The position numbers and the translations under genes were made by a program. Shown one piece after another: positions 1 to 7,599 of a stretch of DNA of 38,021 nucleotides. This DNA comes from Candidatus Woesearchaeota archaeon (lineage in GTDB: Archaea > Nanobdellota > Nanobdellia > Woesearchaeales > BM511), in the NCBI GenBank assembly GCA_018221175.1, contig JAAOYE010000018.1, positions 1 to 38,021 on the forward strand, given 5' to 3'. Within the stretch, counting starts at the first letter, position 1. Each line of letters opens with the position of its first letter. Below the pieces are notes generated by a model. That model had not been told where the DNA came from and did not search any database. It saw only the letters and a list, made by a program, of their open reading frames with translations.

Positions 1-1035
1 AAGACTACAACAGCTGGGAAACTGGCAAAATTCTATCAAAAAAGAGGGGCAAAAGTTGCTGTTATGCAAACAGATACATGGAGGCCGGCAGCATACGAAC
101 AACTAGAACAGTTGGCTAAAAAGACAAAGACTCAGTTCTTTGGAGAAAAAAAAGAAAAAAATCCTGTGAAAATCTACAAGAAATATGAAAAAGAACTAAA
201 AAAATATGATTTAGTTATCATAGACACAGCAGGAAGAGACGCGCTCTCAGATGACTTAATCGAAGAGCTTAACAAGCTTCACAAAGCAGTGAAAGCAGAC
301 GAAAACTTGCTTGTGATAGGCGCAGACGTAGGCCAAGCTGTCCAAAAACAAGCACAAGCATTTCACGACACATGCGGTGTTACAGGAGTTATCATCACAA
401 AACTTGACGGAACAGCAAAAGGAGGAGGCGCGCTAGCTGCATGCGCTGTGACAAAATCACAAGTCAAATTCATAGGTGTAGGAGAAAAAGTCGATGACAT
501 TGAAGAATTTAACCCTCCAGGATTTGTAGGCAGAATACTTGGCATGGGAGACTTAGAAGCACTCCTTGAAAAAGCAAAAGACGCGATTTCAGAAGAGGAT
601 GCAAAAGACCTGGGCAAAAAATTCTTAAAAGGAGAATTTAACTTAATCGACTTACACGAGCAAATGCAGACAATGAGCAAAATGGGTCCCCTTGGAAAAG
701 TCATGGAGATGATTCCAGGCATGGGAAGCCTAAAAATTCCAAAAGACGCACTCAAAGTGCAGGAAGGGAAACTTGATAATTGGAAGCACATAATGAACAG
801 TTGCACAAAAAAAGAGCTTGAAGAGCCAGAAATAATCTCAGCGTCAAAGATTGAGAGAATCGCAAAAGGAAGTGGTAGAAAAACAAGCGAAGTAAGAGAA
901 CTTCTTAAACAATACAAACAGTCCAAGAAAATGATGAAAATGTTTAAAGGCAAGACTTCAGAAAAAGACATGCAGAAAATGATGAAAAAACTCCAAAGCA
1001 AAGGAATGAAAGGCGCGTCCGGATTGAAATTTTAG
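1..1035 (+). CDS. srp54: signal recognition particle GTPase SRP54, 5' end outside window
   Basis: Frame 1 is open from nt 1 (KTTTAGKLAKFYQKRG, the tail of the GKTTT P-loop). DTAGR and TKLDGTAKGGGAL GTPase motifs are present, followed by a Met/Lys-rich M domain. TAG stop at 1033-1035. The ORF-track ATG at 64 is internal. Confidence 0.95.
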   Translation, partial: KTTTAGKLAKFYQKRGAKVAVMQTDTWRPAAYEQLEQLAKKTKTQFFGEKKEKNPVKIYKKYEKELKKYDLVIIDTAGRDALSDDLIEELNKLHKAVKADENLLVIGADVGQAVQKQAQAFHDTCGVTGVIITKLDGTAKGGGALAACAVTKSQVKFIGVGEKVDDIEEFNPPGFVGRILGMGDLEALLEKAKDAISEEDAKDLGKKFLKGEFNLIDLHEQMQTMSKMGPLGKVMEMIPGMGSLKIPKDALKVQEGKLDNWKHIMNSCTKKELEEPEIISASKIERIAKGSGRKTSEVRELLKQYKQSKKMMKMFKGKTSEKDMQKMMKKLQSKGMKGASGLKF

Positions 1036-2177
1036 AACCTGTTGAAGTGTTTTCTTAATTTAGTAAACTTAGGAATTTCCTGCATGAATTTAGCCCACTT
1101 CTTTTGGAAAGAAAAGTATTTTGGCGCATTGATTACTGCTTGCATTTTAGCATCAGTAAAAATAATCTTCACATTTTCAAAATACATTTTGTAATACTCA
1201 TACTCTCTTCTTCTAAGTGCCCTTTTAGCGTAATTAATAGTTGTAGTTACAGACCTGTATTCAATATCCTCTTTCAAAAACGCTGCAGGATAAGGTTCAA
1301 GAGACTTTATTTCTATCTTATTGAAATAATTCAGCTTCTCACGTACATAAATAAATCTGAATATATCCTGCTTAAGCTTTTCAGAATAATGAATTGGTTT
1401 CTTGCTGGGTCTATGCCTTATTCTAAACTTATTATCAAATACAAAATTAAATCCAAATTGTTTTGCGTTCATAGCATAATCGGTGTCTTCTCCTCTTAAA
1501 ATATGCGGGTCAAAGGGTATTTTTCTGTACAGGGCGTTATGCAAAACAAGAATCCCGCCAAAGGCCATAGTTGTTTCATTAATACGCTGTTTGCTTTTTA
1601 CTAGTTTTCCAAGTGCTTCATTAATTGCTGTTTCTTTAAGCCAAAGTCTTCTTGTTGCAGGGCTTTGCTGAGTTAATTTGTAACCCATCTTGTCATACAA
1701 ATAATATCCTGTTTTTCCTAAAATAGCCTTTTTTTTGTATTTTGAACCGATAAATTCACCTGCTTTGTCAATGAAGTTCTTTTCTTCAACGATTTCATCA
1801 TCATCAATCATTAATACTATCTTTGACTTTAGAATATTTGCAACAATTAGCATAGCATTTCTAAAATTTGAATACCCCTCAAGATTGATGTTGGGTGTAA
1901 TACCATTAAAATCTTTGTTTACAAGAAAATTCTGTAGGTATTCTAAATCCATAGAATTTACAAGCATTATCTCAAAATGTTCTTTGAATCTGTCAACAAT
2001 CTTATTCAAACCAAAATTGACTTTTTCATCGAAAGGATTTGTTGTATTAAACAAGATTACTCTAAACTTCTCAAGAGGCTGAGTTAAAAGGCTATTTAGT
2101 GTTCTTGCAACTATTAATTGATTTCTGATCCTTTTTCCGTATGTCGGGATGCATACTGTTATTTTTTCTTTCATCAT
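1032..2177 (-). CDS. GT-A fold (family 2-like) glycosyltransferase, paralogue A
   Basis: 381-aa ORF with N-terminal VCIPTYGKR, an acidic DXD block (LMIDDDEIVEE) and a later RGEDTDY motif. It is collinear with the neighbouring ORF 2245-3387. Donor and acceptor cannot be inferred. Confidence 0.6.
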   Translation of the reverse strand: MMKEKITVCIPTYGKRIRNQLIVARTLNSLLTQPLEKFRVILFNTTNPFDEKVNFGLNKIVDRFKEHFEIMLVNSMDLEYLQNFLVNKDFNGITPNINLEGYSNFRNAMLIVANILKSKIVLMIDDDEIVEEKNFIDKAGEFIGSKYKKKAILGKTGYYLYDKMGYKLTQQSPATRRLWLKETAINEALGKLVKSKQRINETTMAFGGILVLHNALYRKIPFDPHILRGEDTDYAMNAKQFGFNFVFDNKFRIRHRPSKKPIHYSEKLKQDIFRFIYVREKLNYFNKIEIKSLEPYPAAFLKEDIEYRSVTTTINYAKRALRRREYEYYKMYFENVKIIFTDAKMQAVINAPKYFSFQKKWAKFMQEIPKFTKLRKHFNRF

Positions 2178-2185
2178 GTTTTCTT

Positions 2186-2225
2186 CTTACGTTTGTTTTT
2201 TAAATCTTACGTTTGTTTTTTAAAT
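2186..2225. repeat. perfect 20-bp tandem duplication (CTTACGTTTGTTTTTTAAAT x2) between the two GT paralogues
   Basis: Read directly: 2186-2205 and 2206-2225 are identical. On the minus strand each copy carries a TTTAAAAA TATA-like box upstream of the start codon at 2177. Confidence 0.9.
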
Positions 2226-2244
2226 ATTTCTTATTACTTATGCC

Positions 2245-3387
2245 TCACAACTTTTTTGCAATCTTAACCCATTCCTTCTGGAATGTAAAGTATTTCTTAG
2301 TGTTTTTCGTGGCATGTTTTTGTGCATCCGTGATTATTTTGGTGTTATTTGTTAAATACTCCTTACAATTGCGGATATCTTTTTTGTTTATGCAATACTC
2401 TGCATATCTTTCATTAGTTTTTATTATCTTATATTTCAAGTTTTTTCCAAGGAAATGGCCTGGATACGGTGCTGTATGTTCAATATTGAGATTTAATACA
2501 TTAAGTTTTTCTCTTAAATAAATAAATCTGTAAATATCACGTCGAAGTTTGGTCCAATATGGTGTTATTCTTTTTGGAGGCTTGTGAGTTATTTTTAGTT
2601 GATTGTCCATTAAGAATTGATAGCCGAAATGCTTTGCATTCATTAGATAGTCAATATCTTCTCCACGAGTTATGTATGGATCGAAAGGAACATTAGAAAA
2701 CAGTTCTTTGTTTAAGATCATGTTGCCACCAAGGGCAATCGTTGTTTTGTTGTAACGACTTTTATGATAGATAGCTTTTTTTACTGCTTCATTCAAATAT
2801 GTTTCTTTAAGCCAAAACTTTCTGATTTCTGGATTTTTTTGTTCCATCTTATAAGTTCCTGTTGGTTGTATGTAATACCCTGTTTTTCCAAGTAATTTTT
2901 CTCCTCTTATCATCTTTCCAATTCCTTCAGTTGCTTTTAAGAAATAATTATCATCTTCGACTATTTCGTCATCATCAATCATAAGGATGTTTTCATAATT
3001 ATTGATTAATGCATAAAGCAATGCCATGTTTCTAATTCCAGGGTAGTCTGTCAGGTTTGTTTGTAAAATAAATTCTTTTGAAGCATTAAGATTTCTTAAC
3101 TTTCTCATTATTTTTTGGTAATCCTCTTCATCAAAAACATGAGACTCAACTCTTGGATACTTGGCAGCAATTCTTTTTACTTTTGCAGTCACATTTTTAT
3201 GAGTTTGAGAAGGGATTATTAACACATCATAACCTATTTTTTTTTCTTGGAAACTCCTAAGGGTTCTACCAAGAGTATCCTGTTTGGTTGTAATGGTTGG
3301 GTGGTCAAACACACTTTGTTCTTTTTGACCTTCAAAAGTCCAATAAGTTGGAATAAACACCAAATTCTTCATTAGAATAATACTCAT
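2245..3387 (-). CDS. GT-A fold (family 2-like) glycosyltransferase, paralogue B
   Basis: 380-aa ORF with FIPTYW, LMIDDDEIVED and RGEDIDY motifs and a C-terminal half shared with paralogue A (KLRRDIYRFIYLREKL vs KLKQDIFRFIYVREKL). The true start may be the internal ATG at 3372 (MKNLVFIPTYW), which lies 22 nt from a minus-strand TTTTATATAT box at 3395-3404. Confidence 0.6.
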   Translation of the reverse strand: MSIILMKNLVFIPTYWTFEGQKEQSVFDHPTITTKQDTLGRTLRSFQEKKIGYDVLIIPSQTHKNVTAKVKRIAAKYPRVESHVFDEEDYQKIMRKLRNLNASKEFILQTNLTDYPGIRNMALLYALINNYENILMIDDDEIVEDDNYFLKATEGIGKMIRGEKLLGKTGYYIQPTGTYKMEQKNPEIRKFWLKETYLNEAVKKAIYHKSRYNKTTIALGGNMILNKELFSNVPFDPYITRGEDIDYLMNAKHFGYQFLMDNQLKITHKPPKRITPYWTKLRRDIYRFIYLREKLNVLNLNIEHTAPYPGHFLGKNLKYKIIKTNERYAEYCINKKDIRNCKEYLTNNTKIITDAQKHATKNTKKYFTFQKEWVKIAKKL

Positions 3388-3601
3388 TAACTGGATATAT
3401 AAAAAGGTTATTATAACCTTAAAATCAATCTCACTTCTTAAAATCTAGAATGCCTTGGTTTTTGAGCGGGTTTTCGCCGTAGCCAGCCCAGTAGTAGAGT
3501 GCTTTTTTGTGCTTTTTTTGCATTATTTTTTTTAGGCTTTTAATCATAACCACTCACCAAATAGAATTCGGGGTAAAACGAATGCGTTTTTATAAGTTTC
3601 G

Positions 3602-4633
3602 CTATTTCAGCTGCTTTTTGAACTGTGAAATAAACTTGTCAAAATCCTTTTTTTTCACGTTGCCGCCGCACGCATTAGTATGCCCCCCGCCATAGCCCTC
3701 AACGCCATCAAGTGCTTTTTTAATGATTGGCGGAAGCGCAACCTTTGTCGAACGAAAAGAAAGCTTCATCTCACCGTTCTTTTCGCGTCCAATAATTATG
3801 ATTCTGTCAGGATACTTATATAGCAACTCGTTGGAGATATCTGCTGTAAAGCTGACTTTAGTCTCGCCGTATATGTGCAGAATCATTTTTTTATCTTTTG
3901 TGTCAACCTCTGATAACATTTTTCGGTACTCATGCTCCATGGGCGTAAACCATTTGAATAAAAGCTTAGTTCTTGGAGATTCATGAATCAAAAGTTCGTT
4001 TGGCGACTTAACTCTTGTTAATATTTTCACTGCTTTGTTAACATCAGTTGTTCTTCCCTTCAAAAGAAAAGAAAACATTCTGGAAATCTTACCGATTTTT
4101 GTGCCAAATAATGCGTCCTGTGGTTTTTCAATTTCTTTTGGCAAAAGTTTTGGAAAATCTTTTTTGAATTTTTTGGCTGCGTCATCCGGCAGTGCCCAGT
4201 CGCCAACAATTCCAGTCATCGCAATCCACAAGTCCTGCTTGACTACCTGATATGCCCAGTAGCTTGTTGGTCTGTTGTCTTTATCGTCGTGAACTCTCGG
4301 GTTGAAATATTTAACACCCTTCATTTTTTGTGGGACGTGGTGGTCAAGCCAGATTATCTTTTTGCCTTTGCATCCATCAATGAAGTCTTGTGAGACCATT
4401 GGCTTGTCCAAGATAAATATCATGTCTGGCAGATACTCATCAATTTTTCGAAGGAAATCATCTCCAAGCTCAGGAGTGCTTTTAACAACAACACCTTTTC
4501 CTTCTCCTTTGTATCTGTAAAACAAAAGAAATGATGCAAGACCGTCAGGGTCGTCATCAAAGAAAATTAAGGGACGCTTTGATTTTTTTAGTTCACTTCG
4601 AATATATTCAATCTCTTCTTTTTTCAACGCCAT
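3602..4633 (-). CDS. DHH/DHHA1 family phosphoesterase (RecJ/NrnA-like)
   Basis: 343 aa with FFDDDPDGLAS (DHH motifs I/II), LDHHVP (DHH motif) and a C-terminal GYGGGHTNACGG (DHHA1 GGGH motif). The substrate (ssDNA, nanoRNA or pAp) cannot be decided. Confidence 0.8.
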   Translation of the reverse strand: MALKKEEIEYIRSELKKSKRPLIFFDDDPDGLASFLLFYRYKGEGKGVVVKSTPELGDDFLRKIDEYLPDMIFILDKPMVSQDFIDGCKGKKIIWLDHHVPQKMKGVKYFNPRVHDDKDNRPTSYWAYQVVKQDLWIAMTGIVGDWALPDDAAKKFKKDFPKLLPKEIEKPQDALFGTKIGKISRMFSFLLKGRTTDVNKAVKILTRVKSPNELLIHESPRTKLLFKWFTPMEHEYRKMLSEVDTKDKKMILHIYGETKVSFTADISNELLYKYPDRIIIIGREKNGEMKLSFRSTKVALPPIIKKALDGVEGYGGGHTNACGGNVKKKDFDKFISQFKKQLK

Positions 4634-4691
4634 ATTACAATCACATAAAAAAATATGAATAAGAAACGGAGAAAACTTTTTCTTTAAATAT

Positions 4692-5330
4692 TTATGGATT
4701 AATAACTATTACTTCTGCGCTTTTAACAGCATCATCCAACAATTTTTTAACATCAACTTTTTTTTCCTCATATAGGATAATATCTATCTTTGCCTTTGTT
4801 ATAGGGCTTTTTGGAACAGCACGACAGCAAATGCCCTTTTCTATAGATATATTATAAGTTCCAATTTCTTTTGCAGCATCGACAATTTCCTGTTTGTCAT
4901 AAGTCAAAAGAGGTCTGAGAATAGGAATGTTTACTGCGCTGTCCGCCGCCGCCATATTATCGAGAGTCTGGCTTGCAACCTGTCCAAGATTTTCGCCGGT
5001 AACCAAATATCTGCATTTTTCTTTTAATGCAATTCTTTGCGAAATCTTAAACATCATTCTCCTGCAAAATATGCAACCATAACGCTTGTTTGCGTTTCGC
5101 ATAAATTCTGCCTGGTGCCTGCCATGATTGACAATATAAAGCTTAATTTTTTTGTTTAGTTTCTTTGACAAAAACTCTACCTGCTTGACCGTTTTTTCTC
5201 TTGGCCTTGAATCTGTAAAAGGCTGGTTGTCAAAATGGATGCAGTCAACACTCAGCCCTTTTTTTGTCATTAGATATGTTGCTACAGGGCTGTCAATCCC
5301 GCTTGATATCAAAGATAGCGCTTTTTTCAT
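4692..5330 (-). CDS. thiI: ThiI-like PP-loop ATP pyrophosphatase, stand-alone catalytic domain without THUMP
   Basis: 212 aa. SSGIDSPVATYLM PP-loop at residues 9-21, TGENLGQVASQTLDN, RPLLTYDKQEIV, and Cys motifs CIFCRR and GICCRAVP. The ORF begins directly at the PP-loop. Confidence 0.75.
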   Translation of the reverse strand: MKKALSLISSGIDSPVATYLMTKKGLSVDCIHFDNQPFTDSRPREKTVKQVEFLSKKLNKKIKLYIVNHGRHQAEFMRNANKRYGCIFCRRMMFKISQRIALKEKCRYLVTGENLGQVASQTLDNMAAADSAVNIPILRPLLTYDKQEIVDAAKEIGTYNISIEKGICCRAVPKSPITKAKIDIILYEEKKVDVKKLLDDAVKSAEVIVINP

Positions 5331-5413
5331 AAGGTTTAGAATTTTGGAGTTTTATTTAATTGTTTGGTTAGAAAACTTTATTAATAAACTATGTCTGAAT
5401 ACTTCTAAAAGGG

Positions 5414-6430
5414 GTGAAAGATATTTTTAGCATAAAAAAGAAAAATAAAGAGGTTGCGCCAAGCAGCCAAGAAACCATTAATTCTGAACAGGCGCCAAAT
5501 GAAGAGGCAAAAGAAGTAAGTGATGAAAAAATTGATTTTGAGCCCCCACAAGAGCTTCCAGACCTAGCATCTGACATGTATCCATTAAACCAAGAGGATA
5601 TAAGAAAACAAGTGCAGCCAGAAAAATCTTTTGAAGGGGAAGAAGAGCAAAGTAGCCAAGCTATTAGCTCCGGTGAACCGGAAAATAAAGAAAAAGCAGC
5701 CGAGTTTCCAAAACTAGAAAAACAAGAAGAGCCTTTGGAAGCGCCAAAACCACAAGCGCCAACATTTGAAGAGTCAATCGCAGCATTAAACAAAGAGCCA
5801 GAAGAATCGGTGCCCAAAAAAGAAATAGATTTATCTCCAATACAAGAAGGAAAAAAAAGAATTGATGTCTCTAAAGACAAGCACCCAAGCTTTTTTAATA
5901 TGATGAAAAAGAAAAGCGTAAAGGTAGAACCAGAAAAAATAATGGAAAAAATGAAAGACTTTCACAAAGAGTATGAAGAGACAGAAAAAAGCCTGCAACA
6001 AAGAGCAGACCTTGACGCGAGAATCTCAGACAAACTTATCGAACTTGAACTCTTAGAACAGGGCTGGTATTTTTTAAGAAAAGAAATCGAGACAAAAAAC
6101 ACTCTTCTCACACAAAAAGAAAAAGCTATTGACCAAAAGCTTCAGGAGCTAAAAGGGCTTATGTCAGAAGCAAGAGATTTTGATGAGAGCCAAACAATTT
6201 CAAAAAGAGTATTTATTTTGTCAAACGGCGATAAGATTGAATCAATAAATCAGCTGCAAAAGCGCCTAAAGCACATGGATGACCAAACATTTCAGTCTCA
6301 TATAACCGGAGAGAAAAACGATTTTTCCAATTGGATACTGCACACTTTTGGCAATCAAAAGCTCGCAGAAAAAGTAGCGCTTGCGCGCACAAAAGAAGAA
6401 ATGATACACGTTCTAAAACAAGAAAATTAA
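5414..6430 (+). CDS. hypothetical protein: acidic low-complexity N-terminus, coiled coil, conserved-looking C-terminal module
   Basis: 338-aa ORF with a GTG start. Residues ~20-150 are E/P/K/S-rich, the middle is heptad-like (EETEKSLQQRADLDARISDKLIELELLEQ), and the C-terminus reads FILSNGDKIESINQLQKRLKHMDDQTFQSHITGEKNDFSNWIL. No family could be assigned. Confidence 0.55.
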   Translation: MKDIFSIKKKNKEVAPSSQETINSEQAPNEEAKEVSDEKIDFEPPQELPDLASDMYPLNQEDIRKQVQPEKSFEGEEEQSSQAISSGEPENKEKAAEFPKLEKQEEPLEAPKPQAPTFEESIAALNKEPEESVPKKEIDLSPIQEGKKRIDVSKDKHPSFFNMMKKKSVKVEPEKIMEKMKDFHKEYEETEKSLQQRADLDARISDKLIELELLEQGWYFLRKEIETKNTLLTQKEKAIDQKLQELKGLMSEARDFDESQTISKRVFILSNGDKIESINQLQKRLKHMDDQTFQSHITGEKNDFSNWILHTFGNQKLAEKVALARTKEEMIHVLKQEN

Positions 6431-7599
6431 CCAAACGTCTTTTTGTATAAATTCCAGGTTCTAATAAACTCTGCATGTGGCCAGGCAAGCGGCGTTGTTA
6501 TATATGCTATCCCTTTTTCAAAATTCGGATTTTTTTTCGTGTTTTCAATCATAACAATCCTGTCTTTTCGAAGAAGCCCAGCTTCAGTGAAGTCATTGAC
6601 ATACTCGTTGAATTCCAAGACAGTTGAAATGTGCTCTGGAAGCATGTCTTTGTAGGATATATCAACAACCCATCCTATATACTGGTCTGCTTTTGCTTTG
6701 TTTGCGTTTCTAATAAAATGCCTTGCTACAAATAATGTGAAGTGAGGCCACGGCCCCCATCCTCCGTTGTTTCTGCCTTCAAACTTTGGATAACGGCAAA
6801 GCCCGCCAAGGTCTTTATTCCAAAGCTCGTGCTCAATTTTTTTCACGCATGATTTTACCCGGAGGTCAGCATCTTCCAATACACCAAAGTCAGCAACAGC
6901 ATATTCAGACGCATCAATGTCAATAAGAACACTGCTGGATTCTTTTATCCTAATTGTTTTTACAAAGCTCCCAGTTCTCGAGTTCCACATATACTTTTGG
7001 ATGCCTTCTCTCACTCTTATCGCATAGTCTTTCCATTCCGGATGTTTATGATTTAATGCTTCTGCCACTTCATGCATTTTAAAAAGTGCAGAGCAGCAAA
7101 CAGAATTCGCCCAGATTTCAAGGCCAGCTTCTGTTGGCGGAAATTCATGGATTGAGTTTGGAGTATAGATTAGCTGCTTGTCATCATGATAGTTTTTGAT
7201 AATGTAATCTACAGATTTTTTCACGCAGTCCCATTTCTCCTCTGCAAACTTCTTGCCGCCCGTTTTCTTGAAGTATTTATAAAAAGCATACAAAACAAGT
7301 CCTGTCCCGTCAATTTGTATTGGTTTGTACGATGCGTCGTGTCCGTCAGTATCGATTCTTTGAGGAAAAGCGCCAGACTCAAGCTGTGTGGAGAAAACAA
7401 AGTCAAGGCCTTTTTTGGCCTCTTTTATCATTCCTGCAGACAAAAATCCAAGAAGTATCACAGCATGATCCCTTGGGTATATATACGGGTATCTTTCGCC
7501 TTTTGGTGTTGCAAGACACCCGCCGTTTTTTAGCTGGACACTTTTTAGCACTTTAATGCTTTTCTTGTAGATTTTCTCAGCTTTTTTCTTATTTAGCAT
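6427..7599 (-). CDS. glycoside hydrolase family 15-like protein, (alpha/alpha)6 catalytic domain only
   Basis: 390 aa with YPYIYPRDHAVILLGF, QIDGTGLVLYAF, NSIHEFPPTEAGLEIWANS and GGLCRYPKFEGRNNGGWGPWPHFT, a pattern typical of GH15 glucoamylase/trehalase barrels. There is no N-terminal beta-sandwich domain. Confidence 0.7.
   Translation of the reverse strand: MLNKKKAEKIYKKSIKVLKSVQLKNGGCLATPKGERYPYIYPRDHAVILLGFLSAGMIKEAKKGLDFVFSTQLESGAFPQRIDTDGHDASYKPIQIDGTGLVLYAFYKYFKKTGGKKFAEEKWDCVKKSVDYIIKNYHDDKQLIYTPNSIHEFPPTEAGLEIWANSVCCSALFKMHEVAEALNHKHPEWKDYAIRVREGIQKYMWNSRTGSFVKTIRIKESSSVLIDIDASEYAVADFGVLEDADLRVKSCVKKIEHELWNKDLGGLCRYPKFEGRNNGGWGPWPHFTLFVARHFIRNANKAKADQYIGWVVDISYKDMLPEHISTVLEFNEYVNDFTEAGLLRKDRIVMIENTKKNPNFEKGIAYITTPLAWPHAEFIRTWNLYKKTFG

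Noticed and set aside
363-1001. Long antisense ORFs opposite well-supported genes: 363-1001 vs srp54, 5389-5880 vs the acidic protein, 9726-10247 and 11220-11561 vs the S-layer gene, 13981-14517 vs GINS, 16450-16926 vs PAC2, 18228-18746 vs eno, 27441-28049 vs DUF3179/DUF427, and 29561-30184 vs tkt.
   Set aside because: Their translations are S/F/L/P-rich and low in complexity, with no motifs. They are the expected shadow of purine-rich (GAA/AAG/AAA) sense codons, whose complements rarely form stop codons. In every case the opposite strand has clear family signatures.
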